64,000 bases of DNA from Planctomycetota bacterium (GCA_044230075.1 JBGARS010000016.1:533-64532), one strand, 5' to 3'. Shown: positions 30,827 to 40,518, counted from the stretch's first letter. Numbers and translations: made by a program. Notes: a model not told the origin generated them from the sequence alone.

Positions 30827-30832
30827 AGGCTA
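30827..30832 (-). promoter_or_regulatory. -10 hexamer TAGCCT, 6 nt before the parD ATG (leaderless type)
   Basis: Minus strand reads TAGCCT-gggcac-ATG with no SD. Confidence 0.55.
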
Positions 30833-30870
30833 GCTCGTATGGCCAGATGTGTCCAGATCGGACATCCAGC

Positions 30871-32505
30871 TCAGCGCGGGCGCGGCGGCACCGGCAGCGG
30901 CTCGGCCTCGACCCACGAGCGTTTCGTCGCGTCGGGTCCCGGCTCGAAGCCGTAGCTGGCCGCCGGGTCGAACGCGGCCCGATCGGCGGCGTCGAACAGC
31001 ACCACGACGAGCGCGTGGTCGTCCTTCCACCACTGCCAGCGGCTGTCGAGAGCGACGTCGAGCGGCGGGTTCCCGTCGGCGGTCAGTCGCCCGCTGCGGT
31101 CGGTGTCGGCCAGGAAGCGCGTCACCGCATCGAGGTCGGGCAGGCCCTCGACGCGCGCCACCAGGCCGAATGCCCGGTTGCGGCGGAACCACTGGTGCAC
31201 GTCCTCCGGCACGTCGGGGCCGTCGCCCCAGTGCACCGCGGTGAGCCGCGCCCCCGGCGGCGGCAGCGGCGGATTCGCCTGCGTGCAGTGCGGCCCGAAC
31301 GCGTCGCGCAGCGTCAGCGTCGAGTACGGGTTTCTGCCGCCGAAGTGATCGTCGTAGCGGCGCAGCGTCTGGCGGCGACCGATTGTGTCGGCCATGCGCG
31401 CATCGGCCCAGTCGGAGAACGTCGCCACGTGCGTGATGAGCCCGAACAGTTGCGGGTCGGCGATGTCCTGGCCGAGGTGGTCGGAGTTCAGCCGGCGCCA
31501 GCGGCCACCGACGAACACCTCGTTGAACGAATGCGACGACCACGCCCCGATCTGCTTGGCGATCGCGGCGGTGACACTGGCGTGCAGGGCGTGATGTGTG
31601 ATGCCGCGAGCGAGCATGGCGCGTTGCCGTGCGTCGTTGGCGTCGACGACCGGGATGCACAGCACGGTGCGTGTCGGCACGCCGAGCGCGCGCAGGCAGC
31701 CGTTCAGGTAGATCGACGTCGACGAGCAGCTGCCGCGCCGGCGCTGCTCGAACATGCCGCGCGCCGAGATGTCGTGCTGCCACTGCTGCGCCATCTCTGC
31801 CGGATCGCTCGGCAGCGCCGCGGCGAGTTCGGCCGGCACGAATGGCTTGCCCGCGGCGTCGAACGCGGTCGCGAACGCCAGGAAGCAGTCGTTCGGTCGC
31901 GTGCGCTGACACAGCCAGCGCGAGACTCGTTCGACCAGCGTGCGGTCGTCGAGCTGTGCCACGTCGATGCCGTCCGCGGCCAGCGCGGCGACCAGCGCGT
32001 CGCGCATCGCCGGCGTCCAGTCCGCGGTCGGACCGGGGCGCGTCCATTCGGTCATGCCGGCCGCCGTGCGGCGCCAGTTCGCGTCGGCGGGAATCGACCC
32101 GGCGACGGTGGTGAACGGGTAGTGGATCACCTCCAGCTCGACGTAGTCGTCGGTCTCGTCGAGCACGCGCGCGTCCTGGTGATCGTCGCACAGGTAGTCG
32201 ATCGTCACCGGCCGCATCACCTGCACGACGCTGCGCACCATGTACTGGTACTCGCGCCGTTCGCGCCAGTCCCCGTCGGGCACGCCGTCGCCGTCGCTGT
32301 CGGCCTTGGCCGGGTCTGTCCGGTACTTGTGGACCTCGGCGAAGTCCGAGAGCCCGTCGCCGTCGCTGTCACGATCGGCATTGCCTTGTGCCACCACCGC
32401 GCTGGCCAGCGCGAACACCACCACCGCGCTGACCAGCGCGCTCACCGTCACCGCGCTGGCCAGCGCGAACACCACCAACGCGGCACAGCTTGTCGTGGCA
32501 CTCAT
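30871..32505 (-). CDS. Secreted transglutaminase-like protein with DxDxDG Ca-binding repeats
   Basis: Signal peptide ...SAVVA|QG; DRDSDGDGLSD and ADSDGDGVPD; GSCSSTS...LRALGVPTR; HSFNEVFVGGRWRRLN. Confidence 0.8.
   Translation of the reverse strand: MSATTSCAALVVFALASAVTVSALVSAVVVFALASAVVAQGNADRDSDGDGLSDFAEVHKYRTDPAKADSDGDGVPDGDWRERREYQYMVRSVVQVMRPVTIDYLCDDHQDARVLDETDDYVELEVIHYPFTTVAGSIPADANWRRTAAGMTEWTRPGPTADWTPAMRDALVAALAADGIDVAQLDDRTLVERVSRWLCQRTRPNDCFLAFATAFDAAGKPFVPAELAAALPSDPAEMAQQWQHDISARGMFEQRRRGSCSSTSIYLNGCLRALGVPTRTVLCIPVVDANDARQRAMLARGITHHALHASVTAAIAKQIGAWSSHSFNEVFVGGRWRRLNSDHLGQDIADPQLFGLITHVATFSDWADARMADTIGRRQTLRRYDDHFGGRNPYSTLTLRDAFGPHCTQANPPLPPPGARLTAVHWGDGPDVPEDVHQWFRRNRAFGLVARVEGLPDLDAVTRFLADTDRSGRLTADGNPPLDVALDSRWQWWKDDHALVVVLFDAADRAAFDPAASYGFEPGPDATKRSWVEAEPLPVPPRPR
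30876..31074. repeat. 199-bp imperfect direct repeat, copy B (3' end of the transglutaminase-like gene)
   Basis: See copy A. Confidence 0.92.
32395..32475. repeat. 3 x 27-nt tandem repeat within the signal-peptide coding sequence
   Basis: caccgcgctggccagcgcgaacaccac / caccgcgctgaccagcgcgctcaccgt / caccgcgctggccagcgcgaacaccac. Confidence 0.9.
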
Positions 32506-32590
32506 CGCCGCATTGTCGCCGTTGCCACGCTGCGTCGGGAAGGTGGTGTGACCGCTGGTCGGCGATATGTTGCGCCGGGCAGCGACCGCC

Positions 32591-34543
32591 ATGGGAACCA
32601 ACCGCCGTCTGATGGACCTACACGCTGCCAGCTGGCGCCGCGCCTTCGTCGGGATCGCTGTGGTCGCCTTCGCAGCCGTCGCGGTGCGCCTCGCGTGGGT
32701 CGGTGACGATGCCTACATCACGCTGCGTTGCGTCGAGAACTGGGTGACCGGCAACGGCCTGCGCTGGAACGTCGACGACCGTGTGCAGACCTACACGCAT
32801 CCGCTGTGGATGCTGCTGCTGGCGCTGGGCCGCGTGCTCAGCGGCGAGGTGTTCCACACCACGATCTGGATCGGCGTGACCCTCTCGGTCACGACCGTGG
32901 CGTGGTTGCTGCTGCGGTGCCGCGGACTCCTCGGCGCCGTGATGGTCGGGCTGTGCGTGCTCTTGGCGCAGACGTTCGGCGACTACGCGACGTCGGGCTT
33001 GGAGACATCGCTGACCTACCTGCTGCTGGTCGCGTTCGCCTTGGTCGTCACCGGCGAACCGTCGCCGCGCCGCTACTTCGTCTCGGTGCTGCTGGCGTCG
33101 TTGCTGGCGACCAACCGCATGGACCTCGCCCTGCTGTGCGCGCCGGCGGTGGTGGCGGCGATGCGCTCGCTGTCGTGGCGCACGATCGTCGGCCGCGGGC
33201 TGCTCGGCGCGCTGCCGTTCGCGGGTTGGCTCGTGTTCGCGACGATCTACTACGGCACGCCGCTGCCGGTGACGGCACTGGCGAAGGCGTTCGGCCTCGG
33301 CATCCCCGCCGGCGACCTCGCGATGCAGGGCTTGCGCTACCTGTGGGACGCGGTCGTACGCGACCCGGTGCTGGTGGCGGTGATCGTGCTCGGGTTCGTG
33401 CTCGCGGCGCGCGACCGCGCCTGGCGCTGGCTCGCGCTCGGCATGCTGCTCTACCTCGGCTACGTGGTGAAGGTCGGCGGCGACTTCATGGCGGGGCGAT
33501 TCCTGCTGCCGCCGTTCGTGCTGGCGGTGGCGCGGCTCGCGGATGTATCGCGCGTGCCGGCCGCGCTGCTGGCGGTGCCGCTGCTCGGGGCGCTGCTGGC
33601 GCCGCCCGGATGGCTGCGCCCTCCCGCCGACGATCCGGTGCAGTTCAAGCCGGCGGACATCATCGCCGCCCACGGCATCGTCGACGAACGGCGCGCCTAC
33701 TACGGCACGCAGGGACTGCTGAGTCCGCAGCGCACTGGTTCGATCGAGTGGGGCGCGATGAACCGCTTCCCGATCGTCTGGCCCGAGCCGCGCACCTCGC
33801 GCTGGATCGCGATCGGCGGCGCGACCGGCGTCTTCGGTTTCGGCGCCGGCGACCTCGGTCACCTGGTCGACCCGCTGCTCTGCGATCCGCTGCTGGCGCG
33901 CCTGCCGGCCGCCGATCCCGGCAATTGGCGCATCGGCCACGTGCTGCGCCGCATCCCCGAGGGCTACCTCGAGAGCATCGCGTTCGGCGGCAACCGGATC
34001 CGGCATCCGGGCCTGCACCGCTACTACGACGCGCTGGCAACGGTGCTGACCGCGCCGGTGTTCGCGAGCGAACGGTGGCGCGCGATCTGGTCGCTGTGGC
34101 GCGGCGACCACGACGCCGACCTGCGCGCGTTCGTCGCCGAACAGTACCGCACGCCGCCGCGGCTGCCGGTCACCGCTGCCGCAGTGGCGGCCGCACTGCC
34201 GAACGGCAACTACTGGTTCGACGAACCCCGGGTGCACCTCGTCTACGACGGCGGCCTCGAGATCGCATTCCCGTCGCCGGTCACCTGCGGGTCGCTGCAC
34301 GCGCAGATCAGCGGCCTCTACCGGTTCCGCTTCACGTTCCGTCGCGATGGCGCCGAGGTCGGCCAGAGCGAGGTGACGCCGTCGGGCCACGCGCTGGAGA
34401 TGCAGCGCCTGCAGTCGGTGGTGGTGCCGGTGCCGCCCTCGGCCGGCGCGTTCGACCAGGTCTGGATCGACCTCGTCACCGTCGATGGCTCCGAACTCGC
34501 GGTCACGCGGCCGGCGCTGGGTTCGCTGCAGCCGGCTCCCTGA
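32591..34543 (+). CDS. GT-C fold membrane glycosyltransferase (AftB-like)
   Basis: WVGDDAYITLR..EN..GNGLRWN..DRVQTYTHPLW, SGLET, GGDFMAGRF; many TM helices. Start uncertain (32591 or 32612). Confidence 0.75.
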   Translation: MGTNRRLMDLHAASWRRAFVGIAVVAFAAVAVRLAWVGDDAYITLRCVENWVTGNGLRWNVDDRVQTYTHPLWMLLLALGRVLSGEVFHTTIWIGVTLSVTTVAWLLLRCRGLLGAVMVGLCVLLAQTFGDYATSGLETSLTYLLLVAFALVVTGEPSPRRYFVSVLLASLLATNRMDLALLCAPAVVAAMRSLSWRTIVGRGLLGALPFAGWLVFATIYYGTPLPVTALAKAFGLGIPAGDLAMQGLRYLWDAVVRDPVLVAVIVLGFVLAARDRAWRWLALGMLLYLGYVVKVGGDFMAGRFLLPPFVLAVARLADVSRVPAALLAVPLLGALLAPPGWLRPPADDPVQFKPADIIAAHGIVDERRAYYGTQGLLSPQRTGSIEWGAMNRFPIVWPEPRTSRWIAIGGATGVFGFGAGDLGHLVDPLLCDPLLARLPAADPGNWRIGHVLRRIPEGYLESIAFGGNRIRHPGLHRYYDALATVLTAPVFASERWRAIWSLWRGDHDADLRAFVAEQYRTPPRLPVTAAAVAAALPNGNYWFDEPRVHLVYDGGLEIAFPSPVTCGSLHAQISGLYRFRFTFRRDGAEVGQSEVTPSGHALEMQRLQSVVVPVPPSAGAFDQVWIDLVTVDGSELAVTRPALGSLQPAP

Positions 34544-34549
34544 CCGGCG

Positions 34550-36298
34550 TCAGTGCGTCGGCGGCGCGCGGCGGATGCGCAGCGGTGCGCTGGTGGGCAT
34601 CCACTCGCGGCGCTCGCCGTCGGCCCAGTTGGGCACGCAGCGCAGTTCGAAGAACACGTCGCGGTCGGTCGGCAGGAAGGCCCAGGCGCCGTCGGGCACG
34701 GTCGTGCTGTTGCCGACGATCTCGAAGTGCCATTCGTGCGATGCGAGCCAGATGCGGCCGCGTTCGTCGTAGGCGTAGAGCGAATAGTGCTCGCTGTGGC
34801 TGGCGTCGGGATCGCGCCAGTGCAGCGTCGGTGGCGCGGTGAGCGGCGCCGTCGGCGGTGGCGATTCCCAGGTGATGCCGGGCTCCGTGTCCTCGCTGAG
34901 GATGCCGCCGACGAGCGTCGCGTAGTACGGGTCGCCCTGCGCGTTGGCGGCGCGGAACTCGGGCGCGAACCAGCCGAACAGCACCACCGTCGCCACCGCC
35001 GGCGGCACGATGCAGAGCCAGCGCGCCGCCGGCGGCAGGCGCAGCAGCGTGCCGATGTGCACGAGGCCGGCGGCGAACAGCACGGCCGCGGGACCGATCG
35101 CCGGGAACAGCAGTCGTCCTTGCGGCTGCGGCGCCGACAGGTTGAACCACGCGGCGCCGGCGAACACGAGCACGCACGCGGTGAGCAACAGCCACAGCGG
35201 TTGCGGCAGCACTTCGCGGCGGCGGGCGACACGATGCGCGACGAGGCCTGCACAGGCGATGCCGGCGAGTGCCGCACCGAACCAGGCCAGGGCGGGAGCC
35301 GGCTCGAGCGAGAACCAGCCGAAGCGGCCGAGCAGCGACGAGAACACCTGCGGCAGGAAGCTGCCCCACATCCAGCTCGACACGTATTCCGGCGGGATGC
35401 GGGCGAACGTCGCGTCGTGCGCGTGCAGCGCCAGCGGATCGCCGTAGAGCGACCAGTTGCGCAGCATCACCGGCGCGAACATCGCCGTTGCGACCAGCAG
35501 CGAGACGATGGCCGGTACGAGCGCGCTGCGCTGCCGTCGGATGACCTTCACGAACACCAGCAGCGCCAGCGGCACGAGGAACAACGTCGTCGCCTTCGTC
35601 AGCATCGCGAGGCCCAGCAGGATGCCGAGCAGGATGCCGCGCAACAGCGACAGGCCGCCGCGCTTCGCCACGCGGGCGAGCACGACCAGGGTCGCCGTGC
35701 ACACGAGGGTGGCGAGGTTGTCGCTGTTCAGCACCGCGTGCTGGAACGACCACATCGGCAGGCATGCGACCAGCAGCGCTGCCAGGTCGGCGATGCGCGG
35801 GCGATCCGGGCACGTGACCTGTGCGAGCCGGTGCACGGCCAGCACCGACAGCAGCCCGAGCAACACCGAGACGAAGCGCAGCATCGACAGCACGAACTGG
35901 TCGATCGAGCGCGGCGGCAGTTCGTCGCCGCCGTGCAGCCAGTACAGATGGCTGCCCGGCACAGTCGCGTTGTCGTCGCCGTCCCGCTTGCCGAAGTTCG
36001 GGTTCGCGAGGGTGCTGAACACGGTGTCGGTGGTGTCCGTCGCCAGCATGATCGCCGCCAGGAACGCGTAGTACAGCGGCGGGTGGTGCGCGAGCACCGC
36101 TTCGTCGAGCACCGGGTGCCCGTGCTGGACCGCGAACCCGCTCGCCAGCGGCAGCTCGCCGGTGTTGGCCATGTGCCACGCGTACTGGTAGTGCGCGACC
36201 TCGTCGGGGCCTTCGAAGCTGGGCGTCAGCAGCAGGTAGCCCGTGGCGAAGAACAGGTGGCACGCGAGGGCGAGCCAGAGCAGCGGGTGACGCGTCAC
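34550..36298 (-). CDS. ArnT/PMT-like (GT-C) glycosyltransferase
   Basis: PSFEGPDEVAHYQY, HHPPLYY, LNSDNLA, LTKAT, PQGRLLFP; many TM helices. Confidence 0.8.
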   Translation of the reverse strand: MTRHPLLWLALACHLFFATGYLLLTPSFEGPDEVAHYQYAWHMANTGELPLASGFAVQHGHPVLDEAVLAHHPPLYYAFLAAIMLATDTTDTVFSTLANPNFGKRDGDDNATVPGSHLYWLHGGDELPPRSIDQFVLSMLRFVSVLLGLLSVLAVHRLAQVTCPDRPRIADLAALLVACLPMWSFQHAVLNSDNLATLVCTATLVVLARVAKRGGLSLLRGILLGILLGLAMLTKATTLFLVPLALLVFVKVIRRQRSALVPAIVSLLVATAMFAPVMLRNWSLYGDPLALHAHDATFARIPPEYVSSWMWGSFLPQVFSSLLGRFGWFSLEPAPALAWFGAALAGIACAGLVAHRVARRREVLPQPLWLLLTACVLVFAGAAWFNLSAPQPQGRLLFPAIGPAAVLFAAGLVHIGTLLRLPPAARWLCIVPPAVATVVLFGWFAPEFRAANAQGDPYYATLVGGILSEDTEPGITWESPPPTAPLTAPPTLHWRDPDASHSEHYSLYAYDERGRIWLASHEWHFEIVGNSTTVPDGAWAFLPTDRDVFFELRCVPNWADGERREWMPTSAPLRIRRAPPTH

Positions 36299-36485
36299 GG
36301 CGCGCACTCTACGCGCTCAGCGTGCCAGCACGCAGTGCGCACTGCCGATGGCGTGTGCGGCCGGTGGCACCGTAGGGTCGTGCGTGGTGAACGAACGGCA
36401 TGCTCGCCGTCGCTCCGATGCCGGTCGGTTGCGTCGGCTTGACCGTTGGCTCGGGGCTGCGTAGGGTCCGCGCGCGGCCGTCGCC

Positions 36486-37748
36486 ATGCCCTCGAACACC
36501 CGCGAACTCCTGCTGCGTGGCCTTTGGGCAGGCCTGCTCGCGATCGGCGTCGGCCTCGTCGCGTACCTGGTGTCATGCCTCGTCGTTCCGCCCGACCAGG
36601 TGGCCAAGGGCTTCGGCATCGACTGGCAGCAGATGGCGCAGGATCCGTTCGCCCTCTCGGGTCGGTTGCCGAACCGGATCCTGACGCCGCTGCTGGCCTG
36701 GGCGCTCGGGTTCGGTAGCGAGCACTACGTGCTGTTCGTCCGCGGGCTGTCGGTGCTGCTGCTGGCGACCGTGTTCGTGTTCGGCCGCCGCCGCGGTCTC
36801 GGCGTGCCGGATGCCGCACTGATCACGCTGACGGTCGCGCTGATCTCGCCGGTGCAGATGTACAAGCTCAACTGGGTCGGCTACTGCGATGCGCTGACCT
36901 ACACGCTGTTCTTCTGGATGCTGCTGGCGGCAGGTTCGCCGTGGGTGTTCTGGAGCCTGTTCTTCTGCAACCTGCTGAATCACGAACTGGCGGGCTTCCT
37001 CCTGCCGTGGCTCTGGTTCGTGCGGCGCGAGGCGGACGACCGGTGGCGCGCCGACGTCGTCGGTGCGGGCGCGGCGGTCGTGCTGTATGCGGCCTACTAC
37101 TTCGCCGTGAAGGCGGCGGCGCCGACGCAGCTGTATTCGAACGACTACTTCCTCTCGCACCCGCTGTTCCCCGGCGGCGCGTTCGCGGTCGGCGTCACGG
37201 CGATCGTGCACTGGGTGGTCGCGTTCGGGCCGATCCTGGCCGTGCTCGCCTGGCACCAGCACGCGCCGACCCGCGGGCGCGAGCGCTGGCACCTATGGCT
37301 CGTGCTGCTCGGCATCGCCGTGATCTTCTGCATCGCGTTCGACTGGAGCCGGCACAGCAACCTGCTCGTGCTGCCGTTGGTGATCGCGTCGGTGCGCTTC
37401 CTGCAGCCGGGTCCACTGCAAGTGGGGCACCGCCTCGCGTTCGTCGGGCTGACCGCGCTCGGCGCCGCGCTGATGGTGGTCTGGCCGCCGTGGCCGTCGG
37501 TCTCCTGGCCGACCGTAGCGTTCACCGAGCCGCAGCTGCTGGTCGACACCCACGTGGTCGTATCCGGTCCCAACAACGAGCCGGGCTTCGGCACGCTGTC
37601 GGCGGCAACCAACGAGTGGCTGCCGCGCGTCTGGCCGACGTTGTGGCCGATCCTCTGCGTCGTCGTCGCGATCTGGTGCGGCGGCGCGCTGCTGGCCCGG
37701 TGGCGGCCAGCCGACGAACCCCTACAGCAATCCGCGCCGCTTCAGTAG
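36486..37748 (+). CDS. Multi-pass membrane protein, possibly GT-C-like
   Basis: About ten TM helices; early loop motif NRILTPLLA; flanks the other GT-C genes. Confidence 0.65.
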   Translation: MPSNTRELLLRGLWAGLLAIGVGLVAYLVSCLVVPPDQVAKGFGIDWQQMAQDPFALSGRLPNRILTPLLAWALGFGSEHYVLFVRGLSVLLLATVFVFGRRRGLGVPDAALITLTVALISPVQMYKLNWVGYCDALTYTLFFWMLLAAGSPWVFWSLFFCNLLNHELAGFLLPWLWFVRREADDRWRADVVGAGAAVVLYAAYYFAVKAAAPTQLYSNDYFLSHPLFPGGAFAVGVTAIVHWVVAFGPILAVLAWHQHAPTRGRERWHLWLVLLGIAVIFCIAFDWSRHSNLLVLPLVIASVRFLQPGPLQVGHRLAFVGLTALGAALMVVWPPWPSVSWPTVAFTEPQLLVDTHVVVSGPNNEPGFGTLSAATNEWLPRVWPTLWPILCVVVAIWCGGALLARWRPADEPLQQSAPLQ

Positions 37749-39884
37749 CGCCGTCGTGTCCAGCGGCCGGCCGCGGAACGCCGCGAACATCGCCATCGGG
37801 TCGCGCGTCAGGCCGCGCGACAGGATCGCGTCGCGGAACTGCGCACCGTTCTTGCCGGTCATGCCGCCGCGTTCCATCACCGCGGCGAACGCGTCCGCCG
37901 CCAGCGCTTCGCTCCACAGGTAGGCGTAGTAGCCGGCCGAGTAGCCGCCCGGCCAGACGTGCGAGAAGTAGGTGGTGCGGTAGCGCGGCGGCACCAGCGC
38001 GTTGGCGACGCCGGCCTTGGCCAGGGCCTCCTTCTCGAACGTCTCGACGTCCTTGACGACCGTGCCCGCCGGCAGCATGTGCCAGGCCATGTCGAGCAGC
38101 GCGGCCTCGATGTACTCGAGCGACGCGAAGCCCTGGCCGAACGTGCGCGCGCGGTGGATCTTCTCGATCAGCTCCTTTTGCATCGGCGCGCCGGTCTGCC
38201 AGTGCTTGGCACAGCGGTTGAGCACGGCAGGGTCGAAGGCGAAGTCCTCGTGGAACTGCGACGGGAACTCGACGAAGTCGCGCGGCACCGAGGTGCCCGA
38301 GATCATCGGGTAGCGCACCTTGCTGAACAGCCCGTGCACGCCGTGGCCGAACTCGTGGAACAGCGTCGTCACCTCGTCGAACGTGACCAGCGTCGGCTGG
38401 CCCGCGCTCGGCTTGCCGATGCTCAGCACGTTGACGACCACCGGCTTCGTTCCCAGCAGCCCGCTCTGGTCGACGAAGTTGTCCATCCAGGCGCCGCCGC
38501 GCTTCGCGGGCCGTGCGTAGTAGTCGGCGTAGAACAGGCCGATCGAGCTGCCGTCCCCATTCCCGGTGGCGCCGTCGAACACCTCGAACACGCGCACGTC
38601 GGGGTGGTAGACCGGCAGGTCCTTCCGCTCGCGCAGCTCGATGCCGTACATCTGCTTCGCCATGAAGAACAGGCCGTTCTTCAGCACCGAGTCGAGCTCG
38701 AAGTACTGCTTGACCTCGTTCTCGTCGAAGTCGTAGCGCTGCTTGCGCACCTGCTCGGCGACATACGACCAGTCCCACGGCGCCAGCTTGGTGCCCGGCT
38801 GCGTCTGGTCGAGATACGCCTGCAGTTCGGCGGCTTCGTCGTTGGCCTTCTTGACGATCGCCGGCGTCATGCTGGCGAGCATCTTCATCACGGCTTCGGG
38901 CGTCCCGGCCATCTGGTCGGCGAGCACGTAGGCAGCGTGGTTCGGGAAGCCGAGCAGCTGCGCACGCTCGGCGCGCAGCTCGGCGAGCCGCAGCACCGCG
39001 GCCTTGGTGTCGTTGTCGTTGCCGCGGCTGCAGCGTGCCAGCGACGCCTCGTAGACGCGCTGCCTCGTGCCGCGGTCCTGCAGCGACGACAGCACGCCCT
39101 GCGAACTGGGCAGCTGCAGCGGCAGCAGGAACATGCCCGGCTTGCCGGCCGCCTTGGCAGCGTCGGCGGCGGCGGAGATCGCACTGTCGTCGAGCCCGGC
39201 CAGCAGTTCCTTCGACTCGACCAGGACCGCGAGCGCTTTGGTGTCGGCGAGCAGCTGCTCCTGGAACTTCGTCGTCAGCTTCGACTGCTCCTCGTTGATC
39301 TTGCGCAGGCGCTGTTGGTCGGCGGCGCCGAGCAGCGCGCCGTTGCGCACGAAGCTGGTCTGGTAGCGCTCGACCAGGCGCTGCGTCTCGGGTGCGGTCA
39401 GCTCGGTGCGTGCGTCGTAGACGGCCTTGATGCGCGCGAACAACGGCGCGTCGAGGAAGATCGTGTCCTGGTGCGCCGCGAGCAGCGGTGCGACCTTGGC
39501 CTGGATCGCCTGGATCGTCGGGTTGGTGTTCGACTCGGTGAGGTTGAAGAACACCTTCGACACACGCGTCAGCAAGGCACCGCTCTTCTCGAGCGCCTCG
39601 ATCGTATTGGCGAACGTCGGTGGCTCCTTCTGGTCGGCGATCGCGCGCACCTCGGCCAGGTGCTGGCGCATGCCCTCTTCGAACGCGGGCAGGTAGTGCT
39701 CGTCGCGGATCCGGTCGAAGGGTGGCGTCTGGTAGGCGAGCGCACTCGGCGCGAAGAATGGATTGTCGGCCAGCGTGGCGGCCGCGGAGGCGTTGGCGTT
39801 CGGCATGGAGTTCGGTTCGCCGGTCGAGGTGGAACAGGCCGCGAGGGCCGCGGCGACGACAACGGCAGTGGATATCGGTCGCAT
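37722..39884 (-). CDS. dcp: M3-family peptidyl-dipeptidase Dcp, lipoprotein
   Basis: Lipobox LAAC; KRGGAWM, TLFHEFGHGVH, PRDFVEFPSQ, PPRYRTTYFSH, YSAGYYAYLWSE. Confidence 0.93.
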   Translation of the reverse strand: MRPISTAVVVAAALAACSTSTGEPNSMPNANASAAATLADNPFFAPSALAYQTPPFDRIRDEHYLPAFEEGMRQHLAEVRAIADQKEPPTFANTIEALEKSGALLTRVSKVFFNLTESNTNPTIQAIQAKVAPLLAAHQDTIFLDAPLFARIKAVYDARTELTAPETQRLVERYQTSFVRNGALLGAADQQRLRKINEEQSKLTTKFQEQLLADTKALAVLVESKELLAGLDDSAISAAADAAKAAGKPGMFLLPLQLPSSQGVLSSLQDRGTRQRVYEASLARCSRGNDNDTKAAVLRLAELRAERAQLLGFPNHAAYVLADQMAGTPEAVMKMLASMTPAIVKKANDEAAELQAYLDQTQPGTKLAPWDWSYVAEQVRKQRYDFDENEVKQYFELDSVLKNGLFFMAKQMYGIELRERKDLPVYHPDVRVFEVFDGATGNGDGSSIGLFYADYYARPAKRGGAWMDNFVDQSGLLGTKPVVVNVLSIGKPSAGQPTLVTFDEVTTLFHEFGHGVHGLFSKVRYPMISGTSVPRDFVEFPSQFHEDFAFDPAVLNRCAKHWQTGAPMQKELIEKIHRARTFGQGFASLEYIEAALLDMAWHMLPAGTVVKDVETFEKEALAKAGVANALVPPRYRTTYFSHVWPGGYSAGYYAYLWSEALAADAFAAVMERGGMTGKNGAQFRDAILSRGLTRDPMAMFAAFRGRPLDTTALLKRRGLL

Positions 39885-40029
39885 GCGGGCAGTCTACGGA
39901 GCGCGGCCCGAGAACGATGGTGTGTGGGGCAGGTTCGTGCGATCGCGCAGCAGAACCTGGATCGCGCTTGCACAGCCGAGATGTGCGCGTCCAATGCCCG
40001 CGCACCTCACCACTCTCGGAGGCTCTCAG

Positions 40030-40500
40030 ATGTCGGAAGGGAAACGCCCAGGCGGGCTCACGGCGCTCGCGGTCCTCAACTTCGTCGGTGGTGGCTTCCT
40101 GACCCTCGCAGTGCTGGCCAATGTCGGCATGCTGCTGGGCCACCCGGCTCTCCTGAAACAGGCACAGGAGCGAGGTGACGAGAAGGCGGTCGAGGCGCTG
40201 CAAGCATTTGCCGATCTGGACAAGACGCCCTTCGTCGTCACGATCGTGCTGTTGACGCTGGCAGTCGCGCTGTTGATCGTGTCCGGGGTCGGCTACCTCA
40301 AGCAGCGGCGATTCCTCGGGCGGATCCTCGGCAGCGCGTGGGCCGGGCTCGCAATCCTCGCGACCGTCTACTCCTTGTTGAGCATCAAGGAGGGGGCTGG
40401 TGGCGGCGGCGTGACGCTGGGGGTCATCCTCATGCTCATCTATCCGGTGCTGACCTTGATCCTGCTCAACGGCACGTTCAAGGAAGACTTCACGCGCTGA
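40030..40500 (+). CDS. Hypothetical four-TM membrane protein
   Basis: SD GGAGG, ATG at 40030; RPGGLTALAVLNF start and four hydrophobic helices. Confidence 0.75.
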   Translation: MSEGKRPGGLTALAVLNFVGGGFLTLAVLANVGMLLGHPALLKQAQERGDEKAVEALQAFADLDKTPFVVTIVLLTLAVALLIVSGVGYLKQRRFLGRILGSAWAGLAILATVYSLLSIKEGAGGGGVTLGVILMLIYPVLTLILLNGTFKEDFTR

Positions 40501-40518
40501 TCGCACGCACACCTCGCC

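Noticed and set aside
37722-37748. 27-nt overlap of convergent genes (membrane protein and dcp)
   Set aside because: Short 3' overlaps are common in GC-rich genomes; no sign of a special function.
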